Shown here: one piece after another, positions 20,831 to 21,733 of the stretch | Layout: the number at the start of each line of letters is the position of its first letter | How positions within the stretch are numbered: the first letter of the stretch is position 1 | From: Octopus sinensis | Lineage: Eukaryota | Length of the DNA: 21,733 bases | Direction: 5' to 3' | Assembly: GCF_006345805.1 (NCBI RefSeq) | Contig: NW_021823734.1 | Location: 1-21,733 of the forward strand | Notes under the pieces: model-generated | Seen by the model: only the letters and a program-made list of their open reading frames with translations | Told to the model about the DNA's origin: nothing | The model's database searches: none | Translations under genes and position numbers: made by a program

Positions 20831-21486
20831 GTATGTATGAGTATAAGCGTATGTATCAGTATGTATGAGAAGGAGCAATTTTTTTTCAAGAATATTGTTT
20901 ACTTTAATATTTGTGTCTTTGTGAAATAGATGTTGGTTGGATTATGTTCTTCATTATCTTTGTATTAATGGCGGTGGAGAAGGATGGCGTTCCAGTGCCT
21001 TTTTTTTTTATTTTAACTCATAAAATTATGTGTAATTAAAATTACTTCATCCGTAAATGAAGGATTTAAAAATATCCTTCCTTCCCCCCATCCGCATCCA
21101 CTCTAATATTCCAATATAAATATGTTTAATAGGTAATTCCAGCCTGAAGAATTCAATGTTATATAATAATGATAAGTCATTAAAGGCATCATTATGAAAA
21201 CATATTCAAAATTTGGTTATTAATAACCAAATAGTAGAAACCGATTGACAAGATGAGACATTTCAAATAGATTTTTATAATGAACTGCTGTCAAATGTAA
21301 ATAAAGGAAATGTTAACACAGGAGATAATGACTGCGAACGATCTGCTAATTAAAGTGCAATTAGCAACATGGGTGATGGTTTAATTAGCAACACTCACTG
21401 GTAAAGAAAAACAGGTATTACCTCCCCTTGCCTTTCAACTCCATCCAAGCATGTTCCATGCATTAAATACCTTCCAGTTGTTACTT

Positions 21487-21620
21487 TGGGATTCGACAGG
21501 ATTTTTAGCGGATTGCTTAGAATGTATTGAAGTAGTCATTCTGGCATTCTGTGCCCTGAGTTCAAATCCCCCATCGTCAACTTTGCTTTTTCATTCTCTT
21601 CAATACAACATCAGGTACGA
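21487..21620 (+). mobile_element. Old SINE 5' fragment (U4 copy)
   Basis: Homologous to 10303-10437. Confidence 0.55.
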
Positions 21621-21643
21621 AAGGAACACATCATTATATTTTG

Positions 21644-21654
21644 CACTCTCTCAT

Positions 21655-21697
<43 letters not shown>

Positions 21698-21726
21698 ATC
21701 TCTCTCTCTCTTTCTCTCTTTTTCTT
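21644..21726. repeat. (CT)n microsatellite (U4)
   Basis: Imperfect TC run. Confidence 0.95.
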
Positions 21727-21733
21727 TGAAAGA

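Larger units (their letters stand above)
6441..21733 (+). repeat. Tandem segmental array of a ~4.0-kb composite unit (U1 6441-11043, U2 11044-15441, U3 15446-18231, U4 18232->window end)
   Basis: Colinear high-identity blocks recur, e.g. 7401-7960 = 11279-11790+12840-12870 = 18478-19040, and 9640-11043 = 16820-18231 = 20830-end. The same junction ttcacaaggga|tgtatgtatgtttatccctcc occurs at 11043/11044 and 18231/18232. Confidence 0.92.

Noticed and set aside
125-21733. Many ORFs rich in YI/IY/VC/HT/ER/SL repeats
   Set aside because: They are translations of (TA)n, (TG)n, (CA)n and (CT)n tracts, which lack stops in some frames. Not genes.
1-21733. CRISPR array, rRNA or prokaryotic operon
   Set aside because: No regularly spaced repeat-spacer structure, no rRNA similarity, and the content is eukaryotic repeat DNA.

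Overview
AT-rich, microsatellite-dense animal genomic DNA with no intact host gene that I can support. The SINE families resemble ones I recall from Octopus genomes, so a coleoid cephalopod is likely (recall, not searched). 1-6.4 kb: SINE remnants, a ~0.94-kb (TA)n tract and a degraded RTE-clade LINE (~2310-5353) ending in three C2H2 fingers. From 6441 to the window end: a head-to-tail array of a ~4.0-kb composite unit (SINE pieces, unique DNA, 5'-truncated CR1-group LINE, compound microsatellite, old SINE, (CT)n). It is best read as four copies: U1 6441-11043, U2 11044-15441, U3 15446-18231, U4 18232->end, with U2 and U3 fused by a deletion. Comparing copies exposes copy-specific DNA blocks sitting in TA-rich tracts. 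Two of them (~1.0 kb each) share a fold-back layout (arm-spacer-inverted arm-tail), one has a 17-bp target-site duplication of a palindrome, and an 89-bp mini-version of one lies in the (TA)n tract 7.4 kb upstream. This TA-tract capture pattern, with both ends apparently copied from the same template strand, is the most interesting signal. An amplification or assembly artefact cannot be excluded from sequence alone.
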